From assembly GCF_000181795.1 (NCBI RefSeq), contig NW_003526944.1, positions 2,283,434 through 2,347,433 on the forward strand: a stretch of DNA of 64,000 nucleotides. The letters are read 5' to 3'. This document shows positions 39,688-52,445 of this stretch, piece by piece; positions within the stretch are counted from its first letter, which is position 1; each line of letters opens with the position of its first letter. The translations under genes and the position numbers were made by a program. This DNA is from Trichinella spiralis. Lineage: Eukaryota. The notes beneath the pieces were generated by a model. That model saw nothing but the letters and a program-made list of their open reading frames with translations. It made no database searches and was not told the origin of the DNA.

Positions 39688-41722
39688 ATGAGAACATTTC
39701 GTGGACGAATGCATGAATACAAGTACGTGGCGATTGATTATTTCAAAGAGCCTGTTTTGGATGCCACTTCTTTCTTCTTATCCCATTGCCACGAAGGTAG
39801 TAAACTTTATGCAACTTTGTGTGTACATTACTGACTGTTGTATTTTTAGATCACTTAGATGGTCTGGATAGTGAAGCATTCCGAAATCGACTGGAAATCG
39901 AGTAAGACATTTTGAATTATATGAAAATTTGGAAACAACATTTGTTCATTTTAATGAAGCAAACAGAATTTTGTAATTCTAAAATCGATTTACTTTTTAA
40001 TCCTTCAAAACCACTTTCTCAGAATTCATACAATTTTCCAACTAAAATTGTCATTAGCTGCTATTTTATTATATAATTTTATTCTGCCACAGAATAATGA
40101 CCGATTACTAGACAGATAAGTAATTGACGATTAATTTTTTAATATCAATATATAAAAGAATATAGAATGTACATGAAACTGCTTTCAGTGGATGTAAATT
40201 GTATACTCACTGGATATCTTGTCGCCTTCTTCTGTCAGATGATCGATTTCTTCATCTGGAACCACATATGGTAACATAAAAAACGAATTTAAAAAGTTTT
40301 TATTCTGAAATTAAAACTGAATTTAGATAGACTTTGAAACAAACGTACCGTTCGCACTGGAAATGACAAAACCTGGCTCATCGGTTTGCGTAACTGCTCT
40401 TTCGTCCGGGCATTGCGTAGGCTCAGTGATGTAGGTGTAAATGTAGCTGTTGTTGTTGTGATACGTTTCAAGTTATGAAAATTTAATTGAACCAATGTAT
40501 TTAATTGAAAATTGTCCTTTAAGGTTCCTATTTGAAGGCACCGAAGGAACGGTCTTATACATGGGCGATAACCGACTGACAGTTTCCAACGTCCGCCGCA
40601 TGCCAGCTCTGCATGATATTCACTGGTTTTGATTTATCAACTCAACATTAAGCCATTAGGTGATTTTTTTCCTCTTTTTTCAGCTTAAAATCCATACAGA
40701 GCGTCTATTTCGACAGTACATTTTGCAATGAAGCCACAAGCTGGTTACCAAATAGGATAGACAGTTTGATGGCTGTTCACGGAACCGCTTCAAAGTGGTT
40801 ACGTGAAAACGAATCACACAGAATACTTTTATATTTACCATATAAATACGGTTTTGAGTTTTTACTTATAAAACTGGCGGAACTCTTCAAACAAAAGGTA
40901 TGCATGATTTTATGCTACAACAGTGTAACTGCATATACCTACCTACCTACCTACCTTTTTTTCGAATAATTATTCTTTTAACAATTCTACATAAGTTTAC
41001 ATTTGACACAACAAACTACATAACATTTAGATTCACGTGAAAGAAACATTACTCAAGGCTTACAAAAATATTCCCAAACTGAAGAACGTCATCACGGAAA
41101 ATGCTCGAGAAACACAATTACACGCGTGCACAGTGAGCAAAAGACTTTTTTAATTTTAAGCAATATTTCAGCCACATTTGTTGTTTGCCTTTCAAGCTGA
41201 TAAACTATTTATTTACCTACTATAATCGATGTTCAGTTTTTTCCACAATTTTTACATTTGGTTTAAAAAAATATTTCTAGAGTGGATGTATTTGTGCTGA
41301 ATCGCAAGATTCCTATATCAAAAGTGAAATGAACGATAAAAATGTCCTGGTCATCAAACCGTCTGTGCTTTGGTTTGTGAAAAATGAAAAAAATAGGTTG
41401 ACTTCCTGGATAATTAATTAATATTTCAAATAGGAAGGCATTCATTCATATTTTCATTTATTTTAGAAATGAAATAATTCTGAAAACTGAAAGCAAATCT
41501 GGTCCATTATACCGACTGCTCTATTGCAATCACACATCATTAGATGAAACCATATCACTATTGAAATACCTGCAGCCACAGTATGCAATTGCTTGTGATC
41601 TGCCGTGGAATTCGACAATTGAAAAAATGGACACTTTATTGCAAAAGCGATTGTCCAAAATCAGAACGATTCTCAGATCCGTTCCGAATGCAAATTTTTA
41701 CAATTCCACGGAAGAAGAATGA
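39688..41722 (+). CDS. DCLRE1C: Artemis-like metallo-beta-lactamase/beta-CASP nuclease (multi-exon)
   Basis: MRTFRGRMHEYKYVAIDYF...[94 protein letters not shown]. The N-terminus and the YG(F/Y)E, IKPS..WF and HAC motifs are Artemis-type rather than SNM1A/B. Confidence 0.88.
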
Positions 41723-42114
41723 ACTGAATTGGTGTGAAACAGTTAAAAAAAAGATCATATTATTCAAATAAAAGCTGCTCTTTAAAAAATGAATTTGAAA
41801 AGTACCGAAAGTTGTAGTGATTTAATGCAGATGATAAATAAATTCCATATGAAACGCTAAATGTTCAATTATACTTATTTTAAACCAAATAAAAATATTT
41901 ACTGAAGACACACACACATATATATATGTTTATCTGTTTCTACATATTACGTATATAAAGAGAGGAGAAGAAAAAAAGTCACATACTGTCAGCTAGATAT
42001 CATCAATGCCGGTCTTGATCACCAATGATTTTCAATTTGTATTTTCAGTGACTGACTGAATGCAAAATTTCGACATTTACTCTGCAACATGAAATTAATA
42101 ATTAATTATTGACT

Positions 42115-43622
42115 TCAAAGTGAAAAAAAAACAGTATGCACAATCCCACCTTCACTCAGTCGCCAAATGTGGAAATTGTCACTGGATGTTGACGGTTGTT
42201 CCTGTTCTTGCTTTGGTTGGGTCCATAATGGGCAGCTCAATGGAAGCCATTTCAAGCACCAAAGAAGAAAAGTATGTGGCAAATAACCAGTCGATATAGA
42301 CGACTGACCAACAGACCATAATAAATGTGTGACGTAAGTTATCGGTTTCGGCACCCACAAACTGTACAAAGTCGGTAAAAGACCGACTCCTTGGGCAATA
42401 TCTGCTTCTTTTTTGCCAGGACTGTGGTCACCGAATGGATCGTACAGAGGAACCAAGTTCTGTAATCGCCAAGGCAAAAAATACTGATCCATAATGGCTC
42501 TGTTCGACTGAGAAAGATACAACAGACGAGCAATCGACTCTTCAAATATCTATTAAATCACAATCAAATGCTACTACTGTTAATATAAGAAGAGGACAAA
42601 ATTTTATTTAATACTAACTTTTGTTTTGAAAAATTCTCGCCCACTGTTCTGACAACTGACAACAGTAACCGCAAGCGAACCTGCTTTGGATGCCAAATGT
42701 TGGCGTGTAAGCAGTACTGCAAGACGAAATCGAGCATCTTTCTCGAACCATTCTCGAAGTTTTTTTCTGCCTAATGCTGTTTCAGAGCTAAGATCCATGC
42801 AAGGAACCTGATCAACGCAACACGTTGTATCAACTGAAATAATTAAAATTTTAACAATCCACTTTTCTACCCACACAAAATTACCGTCCTACTCATCTGT
42901 TCTGTTCATCATCAAAATCGTTGAGCAATCACAATTGAATGCTTTTACTTACACATTAATTTGATGCTGTTAGTAGAAAGCAATTTCCGATAATCGAAAA
43001 CTGCAGCATCCGTTTTTAAATTCTGCACATTTTGTGTAGTGATTTGCCGAGCATATTGAAATTCTACAACAACATCAACGATCTGTGTAAATATCATCAA
43101 AAATATATTTTACTGTAATTTTCGAAACAGAATATTATCATTTTCATTCATAATATCACATGCCTAGTTGCTATTGAAAAATTAATAAAAACTAACCTAC
43201 AGCCCAACTTACCAAAATATGTTTGATATCTGTCGGAAGGAGGTTCGTCATGAACCAAAATTAAATGCAAACCATTGTCAGACAACTTTTTCATAAGTTC
43301 ATTCCTTATAGCACTGGCAGGCCCGATAACGACTGAAAATATATTTCGAAACATTTTAATTGATTTAAAATTAAAAGATCCACTATTTTAAAACTATTCA
43401 TTTCTTCCTACCTGCGTGGGAGCCATACTTTTCCAATCTCCTTTTAACAGTGAACACGCCACTAAAGTGTTCCCATATTGAACAAACGCTATTTTTAATG
43501 GCGCAATACAAGCAGTACGTAGAAACGCCTACACCAATGATTGCAAAAAAATCTCGCCATTTGCCACAAAAGCGACATACTTCATTAATCAACAGCTCGG
43601 CTCGATCAACAACCAGTGCCAT
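42115..43622 (-). CDS. HSDL1: Inactive hydroxysteroid dehydrogenase-like protein 1 (SDR-like), multi-exon; 3' end uncertain
   Basis: MALVVDRAELLINEVCRFCGKWRDFFAIIG...LEKYGSHAVVIGPASAIRNELMKKLSDNGLHLILVH and C-terminal WVPKPITYVTHLLWSVGQSSISTGYLPH resemble HSDL1/17beta-HSD12 family architecture. Confidence 0.72.
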
Positions 43623-44006
43623 TTTATCATGTACAGTCTAAAATGCAGAATAAAATATTACACAACACTATTCACTGTGTTAAACAATTAAACATTTTAC
43701 ATCTTATTAAACAAATAAAATCGATAGATTTATAAATTTCGCTGATCGTTAAAAATGATTTGCAATATGTTTTACTGTAAGCAACAAAACATTCAGGCAC
43801 AATGTTTTTTGCATGGCTGTAGACTGAGCATCCTGGCCGTAATTAATTCATTGAATATATTTCAGTCTCAATTTATGCATTATAAGTGTGATTTGGTGTG
43901 ATTTGAACTCCATCAACAGTGTGACTTTTAAAAATGATTCAAAAGCACTTGAAACTTGCGTTTCATAATATGAAATTACGGTTGTTTAATTTTCAAATAA
44001 ATAATC

Positions 44007-45626
44007 ATGAATTGGTTAAAGAATGCTTTTTATTCTAAAAATCTTTTAACCCCGGTAAACGTTTCTGATAAGAATAATATTTTGAAAACATATTAACTTC
44101 AACACTTCTCTAGATTCCTTTAAGTATTGGTAGTGCACATGTTTATTGGCTGAACTCGACAATACGATGTAAATCTTCTGCGGAATCCCAGACATCTCAA
44201 ACTACCAAAGCTCTCACTGTGGTAGACGAAGTATTCGATACAATACCACCAGAAGATAGAAACAAAAAAACTTTCGAAAGAGCATTAGGTATGCTATGCA
44301 CAGAGGATGATGGACTTATAGAATATCCTGATGAGCGTCAGTTGCTTTCTTACTAACTGTTATTAAAAGTACTGTTCAACAGGAATGTACTTACGGACGA
44401 ATGTAACTCGTCGGGGACATACTGAATTCATATACGCTGCATTGAAACGAATGAAAGAGTTTGGAGTTCATAAAGATTTAGAATCTTACAAACGCCTGTT
44501 GGAAATTTTTCCGAAAGGAAAAATGATTCCCCGAAATTTCATGCAAGTAAAATTAAACAGATCATACTATTATTTTTTGAAGAATTTATTTTAAAGTTGC
44601 ATTTCTTCGTAAGGTTGAAGGAATGCATTACCCGAAACAGCAGCAATGTTGCATTGACGTTTTGGATGAGATGGAATGGTGGCGTAAGTTGTCAATTTTG
44701 ATTTTAAAATTTCTATATTTTTCATTATACTAAAGACTGCATTTTCAAATTCAATTTCCCTGATTGTAAACTACACTTTGACTTAAAAGGTTTTTCTCTT
44801 TAATTAAGGCGTATATCCCGACAAAGAAATTTATTTGATAGTGAAAAATGCATTTGGTGAATGGACGCATGCAATGAGAAAAATGAAACGTCAAATGTAC
44901 TGGATGCCAAAGTTCAAAAATGCAGATCCTTATCCACTGCCCAGACCTGTTCCAAACTCGGACATTGAAATTGCCCAGGCAGCGATGCGTCGCATATGTA
45001 GGGATCCTGCAAATAATGTAGAGGTTTTCTATACTTCGACCGTTTCTGATTCTACTATAAATACTTGGATTGTATCAGGGCAGAGTCCACATCAAAGAGA
45101 GCATATAGAAGAGTACGTTTTATTTCCGTTTCATGTAATAATTAGGATTATAGTAGAAAATTTGGAAGTATAATTCTTTTACAGCCATCCTACAAACGAA
45201 GCACTTTATGTAGATGGTCCGTTTCGTACTTGGCTAGCTGATAAGTCACTGTTTTATTTTACATTAATATCCGAGCCGAACAAGAAGAAATATTTTTCAG
45301 ACTTTCAATCAATCGAAAGTCTGACAAGCGATGAGTGGTATTACTGGAAGACAAAATACAATTCTCCTATTTCGGATAATCGTAGCCAGCTAATGACCGT
45401 ACCTACCATTCACGAACAAAAGGATGGTACGATATTAGCATTGGCGATTACTGGAAACAGTTCTAAAGATTCATTAGCTTGTTGGTTGAAATTCTTGGAA
45501 AAGTTCAACTCTAAGCTGAAGGAAATACCAGTTGTTTTCCGACTTCAACACGCCGAATGCTCTATAGCAGAAATGGAAGAAGAGTCACGTTTAGAGAAAA
45601 AGGAAAATCCAAATTCTACAACATGA
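44007..45626 (+). CDS. ECSIT: ECSIT, mitochondrial complex I assembly factor (multi-exon)
   Basis: RRGHTEFIYAALKRMKEFGVHKDLESYKRLLEIFPKGKMIPRN, HYPKQQQCCIDVLDEME, MYWMPKFKNADPYPLP, LYVDGPF, IHEQKDGTILAL. Start inferred from the phase-0 exon MNWLKNAFYSKNLLTP|gtaaac. Confidence 0.93.
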
Positions 45627-46368
45627 TTTAATATTATTCTGGGCTTGCTTTGTTGTCCAAAAAAGAATTAAAAAAACAAGATTGTTGTTTGGACATGTTT
45701 TTCGTTTTGAAAATACATATGTTATATATTGTTTTTTCCATAATGAACTTATAAATATGAACGATATTATCAATTGAGCATGAAAGGAATGGTATGTTTA
45801 AGAAAAAAATCTCGAAATTTTAAAAATATTATTAATAGCGGTGTGTACAGAACATGATAAGTATATTTAAAAAAAATAATTTCATCAAAGAGTGTACTGT
45901 AAAAAAAATGCAGGTCAATGCGTTTTAACTACAGTATGAATTTGAAAGCAACTTAGTGAAGTAAGTGTTGAGCTTCTTTAATTTGTTTCAAATACACTCA
46001 CGAATTCTTATACAAATAAGCAAGTTCTTATATTTTTCAAAGCTTATACATTTCTTAATTTATCTAAATTTAACTGTTCAACTTTTAAATGCACTAAATT
46101 GCAGAAGCATTTTGCAAATTTGTCCCACACGTTAACATTATTCATGATTTTGAAAGTATTCAACTATTTATATTAACTTGTAAGCCTTTTCTGAATTCAC
46201 TGCTACGCACTCATGTAAGCTTAATATCTATGCCGATGTGATATTAAAAAGAATCTATAAGCCCATCGATATTTACCTTACGATATGCCCATTTTCCGTT
46301 CAGTAACGATTAGGATAAGCGAACAGTGAAGACATTCCCTACTGAAAATGTGTAATTTCAGTATAGTT

Positions 46369-47759
46369 ATGGCAAACGTAGCTACAATGGAAAATTTCCT
46401 CGATGTGATAAGTAATTACTTTGATCAGGATATCAGCAAAGAAAAGGCACTTGTTTTTATAAAGGTGATTTAAAATTAAAAATGTTCTATACTTTTGGTA
46501 CAAAAAGTGTTACTTACAGGACAGTGAACTTATTCAGTGTATTTTGAACATATGCAATGGTGCGGATTCTGAAGTGGCGGTTCGTTGTTTGAAGTTTTTG
46601 AATGAAATTGCAGAAGCAGCTGGGGATGGAAGGCTTCTATTAGGAAAAATTAATGGTTTTGCCCTTGCTTTGAAAGAAATGAAGAATCGGTAAGTAAGCA
46701 GTAGTTTTGCTAAAAGTAAAACAAAACGCCATTTACAACTAATGCATTTTCACATTTTTGAATTCGTAGTATTGCCAAATTAATTTTTAATGTTATTATT
46801 TAATCTTTTTCTTACATTAGATATATATAATTATGTTTTTCATTATGACAGTGCTATTTAACAAGAAGTTAATGACCGTTAATTTGAAAATTATTCTCTT
46901 TTACAGTATAATGAAATATAAGCACGTACTAATTACTTTTTGTTGATGATAAGTTATTTTATTGTGAAATTGTAAAATTAAATGTCAGTTTATAATATGA
47001 AACTTTGAATTTTTCAGACATTCATCGAGTGTCAACATTTGCTTACTCTGCGATGTTCTATGTAAGCGATGCTGTCCATATAGGTAGGTACTTTGTTGTT
47101 GGTGCGTTTTCATTAGCATTGTATTGACGTTTTTAGGAAAAAAACACGACTTGCAAAGATTATTTTTGAAAATCCTTTATATGAAGTAAGGAAATTTTGT
47201 ATTCCACGCGTAGCTCAGGTTGTATTCTTCAAACTGTACATTTCTTTTTCATTCATAGGAAGAAGAGGAAAATTTAAAGATGGAATTGCTGAATATCAAC
47301 GGAATAATCAGTGTCGCTTTCAATGAAGCGCTTACTGTTTGCAATATTGTTTTACGTCGAAATGTATCAGGAGAGGTAAATGCTAAAGAAAAACAATATT
47401 CTACAGTATCACGCTAAAATTGAAAATATTGCTTTGTAGACAATCAAGAATGCTATCCAAAAAAATGTATTATGCGCTGCTGATTTGAAAATAACACACT
47501 CAAATGGAGAATTGGTAAGAGATTATTAGCAGAATTGTTTGTTTCATCACACTGGTCACAGTGATTGATATATTTGAAGGAATTTTTTGCCATCAAGAGC
47601 AACGAGATGGAATTGTCGAGCCCGAAGTATATTGAATCGCCGGAGCGAACCGAAGCAGGGCCATATGCTGTCATTAGCAAAGACTGCCTTGATAAATATC
47701 AGCACAAATCTGAAGGATTGCTCACCGGATTTTTTTCATTTTGCAGAACCCTGTGGTGA
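46369..47759 (+). CDS. ARMC1: Armadillo repeat-containing protein 1-like (ARM + HMA-like domain)
   Basis: ARM-like exon DSELIQCILNICNGADSEVAVRCLKFLNEIAE; HMA-like LKMELLNINGIISVAFNEALTVCNIVLRRNVSGE; terminal SPKYIESPE...GLLTGFFSFCRTLW* resembles the aromatic C-terminus of ARMC1. Confidence 0.7.
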
Positions 47760-50700
47760 ACACGTAGAATAGATCATCTTTAAAACGTTTTGAAATAAAT
47801 TTACTCGATTGATTGATTGTTGTTTGAACTAAAAAATATGCACGGAAAGCTAGAAAATGCTTTGCATTGTTAATTATTATTATTATTCATAGAAATAATA
47901 CATTGTACATTGGCTTTTTGATGAAGCAATTTGAAATTTCAAAAATTATGCGAAACACATGAAGACTCGGCTCGATAAGAGAAGTCATTAATGATAAAAT
48001 CGAAGTATGTGCATATTACTTATGAAATGGATATCTATATAATGATTTACATTTAAAAAAAGTTGTCCATATGTTGAATTCATGGACTCGATTTATAATA
48101 TAACTGAGAGAGAAAGAGCAGTTTAATGGAATGTCATTTTGTTTAAAATATCTAACGACAGAATTAAGGATGACTGATTGAACAACAATTTTGCTGTCAA
48201 CTATATCAGCAACGCTTTTCCACTATTCCAAGATTATAATCTGGATCTTTTCCATTCACGAATCAATCTTTCTGTTAGCAGTTGAAAATTATTGCCTTAA
48301 AAATTTCTTTTCCAGCAAGATAAAAGAAGAAATTTAAAAAAAAAATGAAAATGATTCAATGCACTGCTTGTTTATAGTAAATATCTGTTTAATGTGGTTG
48401 ACAATTAGCATTGTTTTTTTTTCCATCCATTAGCGGTTAAAAAGTAAATTTTTTGTCACATTTCATGTTACAGTAGTAGACTTCTTGCTTTAATTCTTGA
48501 AAAGGGAAAAAGTTTCTTGTCAGTTGTCGTCAACTAATAAATAATATTGACTTTTTGTAGAACCGGACGAAATTAAATTTCAAATCGTTCACACAAGCAC
48601 AACCGACGAACAGCAAGCATGTTTGTGTCGAAATTAGCCTCGGTGTGAAGCTATTTTCGTTGATGTTTATTCGTGCAAAATTGATGTTGATCAATGTTTG
48701 CAAAAATGATTGCTTGTCTCTTTGAAAAGCGCAATCATTATTGTTTTGCGTGTCGAAGATGGGCTGGTTCGGTTTCGGATAAATCTTTAAAATATTTGCT
48801 CATCCGTGCTATTTGCCTACACTACCCCAGAGCTAGAGCACAGCTTGGTCGCTTGTTGTGCCGTTTGATTAAAATATGATTAGAAGCCGCTCTTTCAGTT
48901 GTTGTTGTTGGACAGCACTGCTTGAACATTTCCGATTAGTTTGTCCACTGTGCATATTTGTCCGGCCAAGCTTAAAATCTTTCGCCCAATCAATCAATAG
49001 CAAGCCATAGTGTGTGGACGATGCTTTCTGCATATTTATCTATTGTCATTTCAAAGGTCCTAGCCACGGCTAAGTACATTAAAAACCGATGAATGCTAAT
49101 TGTGCATCATCGAAAAATTGTCAACTTCAACACATTCATGAAACTTAATTTTCAAAGAAAGTTAATTTTTGTTTACTTCAATTCATTTGCATATTGAATT
49201 GAAAATTTGAAAATGAACAAATTTATAATAATAGTAAGAATTCATATTTTTTAAGCAAACTTTTCAACGAATAACTTTCAGATAATGTACCATACTGTAA
49301 GAAATGCGACAAAAGCCTTCCGCCGCCCCCCCACGTACTCTCATTAACCTAATTATAATTCAAATATCTCATGCGCGGAGCGATCAGCAGTTTGCTATTA
49401 TGGCGTTTGAAATTCCATTTGTTTCCAATATTGTGCCATTAATTAAGAATCGTCAATATGTTCAACAATTTTCTCATTAATTTTGTTTTTTCCTCAAATT
49501 ATCTCACTCCTTGCATACGGTATGTGTACAAAAGGAAAAAAAATATACCATGCAAATTGTTCCGTTTTTTTAATAATTATATATTGAAAGAAAAAAAAAT
49601 CAATGAAACAAAACAAATTAATGATCATTTCTCACGTAGACAACAAGTGTATTTGATAAAATCGAACAAATTAAATGTCCCTATTTGTTGTACCTATGAA
49701 TCATTAAACTAAGCATAAAAATCAATTCTGAATTTTTTATCCAAATTATTTATACAATTCCAATCTTCCCTAACTGTGTGTATATATGTAAAATTGCTAT
49801 TTCCAAAGCAATTTATGATTATTTTTAAATTTATAAATTGAAATTCAATTAAACATGAAACTGGCGGTAAGTGTAAGATGCATTGAAATTGTCCATTACG
49901 TTCAAATTGCACAATGAAATTACGCCGTGTAAAAATATTGAATACGCGTTTACGAATTAAACTGAGAGAGAGAGAGAGAGGGAGAGAATATCGAAATAGA
50001 AAAGAATTCAATTTCACTGAAATCAATAAATAATAATTTCAATAATAAATCAACTTTGACAAGAGAGAAAAAATAACACACACGTCATAGGCAGCAAAAA
50101 GAACGACAATTGAGAATAGAAAAAAAAGTGGCCAAACTGTTTCAGACCTGAATTTCAAAGGTGTCAGAATCGTTCTTATTAAAGTGTAATAATTAATTGT
50201 ATAATAAAAATTCAAATATTCAACGTATATATAACAACAACAAGTTGTTATTAGTATTGCCTTCTGTCGGCCCGCTTCCCCATGACCAGCAGTGAAATAT
50301 TACAATAACAAGTGCAATTGTACAGTTTGTTGGCATAGTTTCAGAGTTCAGGAGAAATTTATTGAATAAATATTCAACGTTTTCGAATAAAACAAAATGC
50401 ATCATTTGCGATGTAATGTTCCAACCAGACGAGCAACACTTCCGACAGGGCTGCAATTGAGCGCCATTATGGTCCAATAAAACCCACGCCAACAATTTTA
50501 TTGTTGGTTGGAATGTTGGTGGCAATTGTGACGTCGTCGGTCAACACAATGCAAATATGCAGTGTAGCGTGGAAATTCAAATTGTCGCTTTAAAACCCAT
50601 AATCGCTGCCCATCTCCACTGACGATGCTGCCGAACAGGGTGTGAACCGATTATCTCGTCCGCCCCGCCCTCCCTTTTCCCAGGGTAAAAACGGCGCTAC

Positions 50701-51619
50701 GCTCTTCTCTCTCTCCATCTTAACACTGATGAAAGAACAACAGCCGCGCCGGGCAGGCTTTTTGAGAGCTGCTACTGGCTTTCGCGCTCTCCAACCAAAC
50801 ACAGCAAAACCAAAGCGTCGGCATAATTTTCCCTCCCATTCGTCCACGTCCATTGTAAACATTTTCACATTCTATCAAAAGTTTGAAAATAATGCTTTCT
50901 TTTCGTCTCATCAACCGAAAATTTCTCAAACAAATCCAACTGGAAAAAATTAAACTCTAACCGAACATTTTACCAAAATAAAACAACTATTTTTACATGT
51001 TGAAAAAAAATCAAGAAAAAAAACAACAACAAACTGTCAACTTGAATGTCTTATTTACTGTATTTATTTAATTAATGGACGTGCCAATTTATTTTGAACG
51101 TTCGCAAAAATAGAAGACAATCATTTTTTCCGGCCTATTCATTCATACGCGTGTAATAAAATTGAATGGGAAAATGGATCGGTTTGCAAATTTAAAAATT
51201 TTTCATACCGGTTTATCGTATAATAATCGAGAAGAAATAGATCAATACAGATCACAGATGCTCCTTCTTTACTCAAAAGCAAAAAGTAGTAATAAAATAA
51301 GCGGCTGGTCTTGTTGTTGTTGTTGTTGTGTTGTTGCTGTTGAAAAATAACGTCATGCGCGCGTGTGCGTGAAATAAATCGCTTTTCCTCAACCAGCATC
51401 AATGAACAACAACAGCAAGAAGATGAAAAAGAAGCAAAGCTTAAAAAAAGAAAAAAATACCAGGCATATAAATTAGTGTTGTTCTTGCATGGATGTTGTT
51501 AGATATCGTGTAGATGATGCACAATTTGGATGAGATAAATAATTGGCCAAATTGGCATCCGCACAACCGGGTTCAAGTGAAAGCATGCTGCCAGTCCATG
51601 TGTGTTGGATTTTTGTTCC

Positions 51620-52126
51620 CTAATGGGGCTCGATTTTATTATTTTCACCTCGGACGTGGTCGATGTAGATGTCCAAGTTGTTTTTCAAACTTTCACAAGT
51701 GCGGATACAGTCGCCAAGCATGGCCTCGTAGACGGACCGGTCGAACAAGCAGTACTGCATGTCGTGCTGTTGGTGCCAGCGGACCGAGTCGCTGTGGTCG
51801 AAAACCGACCCTTTGGGAGTGGACCTGGCGACGAGCGGTCGTTCCTCGTCGGCTATGCTCAGCAGAGCTTCTTCAACGGCATCCAAGCCGCAAGGCGACG
51901 TCGGCTTGGTATGGTTAAGCTTGTCGGCCACACTGTCGGCACCGCTGGACACTGACCGAGCCGAACCCAACGAACAAGAGTCCTGGTATGCGGATGTGGT
52001 CGGCTCGTCGTCTGTGCAGTTGGGCGTCATCAGATCGATGTCGTCCAGATGCTTCGGGTCGAAAGGTATCCCGTCGTTGGCGACAACAAGCGGCTTCTTC
52101 TTTTTCAACCACTGCATCAAAGCCAT
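51620..52126 (-). CDS. Uncharacterised ~165-168 aa protein (acidic/Ser-rich with a C-terminal helical segment)
   Basis: GC-rich island with GC3-biased codons like Rap2 and LATS, flanked by AT-rich microsatellite-bearing DNA; no family recognised. Confidence 0.7.
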   Translation of the reverse strand: MALMQWLKKKKPLVVANDGIPFDPKHLDDIDLMTPNCTDDEPTTSAYQDSCSLGSARSVSSGADSVADKLNHTKPTSPCGLDAVEEALLSIADEERPLVARSTPKGSVFDHSDSVRWHQQHDMQYCLFDRSVYEAMLGDCIRTCESLKNNLDIYIDHVRGENNKIEPH

Positions 52127-52399
52127 CAGAGAAAGATGCCAAAAAAATGAAATCCGATCGTCAATAATTGTGTCTTTTCTTTCAATTTACGTTGGCCTTG
52201 CTTATTCTCTCTCACTCACTCACTCACTCTCATTCTCACTCTGACATTCTCAATCCCATTGTGCGTGCGTGTGCGCGTCTGTGTGTATGTATGTATGTGT
52301 GTGTGTGCATCTTTGACGCATTGATGGGCGGAGTCGGTTTCAAACTGACCAATCAGAATTCGACGTCAACCAGGTGCTCGCAAGCGTCCGCAGACTACT

Positions 52400-52445
52400 G
52401 TTCAACTGGCTTTCGACCACTGGTCAGCTGTCCACTTATATAGCT
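52400..52445 (-). promoter_or_regulatory. Putative TATA box plus initiator for the 168 aa gene
   Basis: Minus-strand CTATATAAG (~52443-52435) with Inr-like CCAGTT about 30 nt downstream; CCAAT, GC-box and E-box motifs lie nearby (52325-52470). Confidence 0.4.

Noticed and set aside
50220..50953. ORFs of 70-103 aa downstream of the orphan gene
   Set aside because: Overlapping on both strands with no motifs; more likely 3'UTR or regulatory DNA.
51514..52244. Plus-strand ORFs opposite the orphan gene, and similar antisense ORFs over Rap2, GS and LATS
   Set aside because: Shadow ORFs caused by GC3-rich coding on the other strand or frame.
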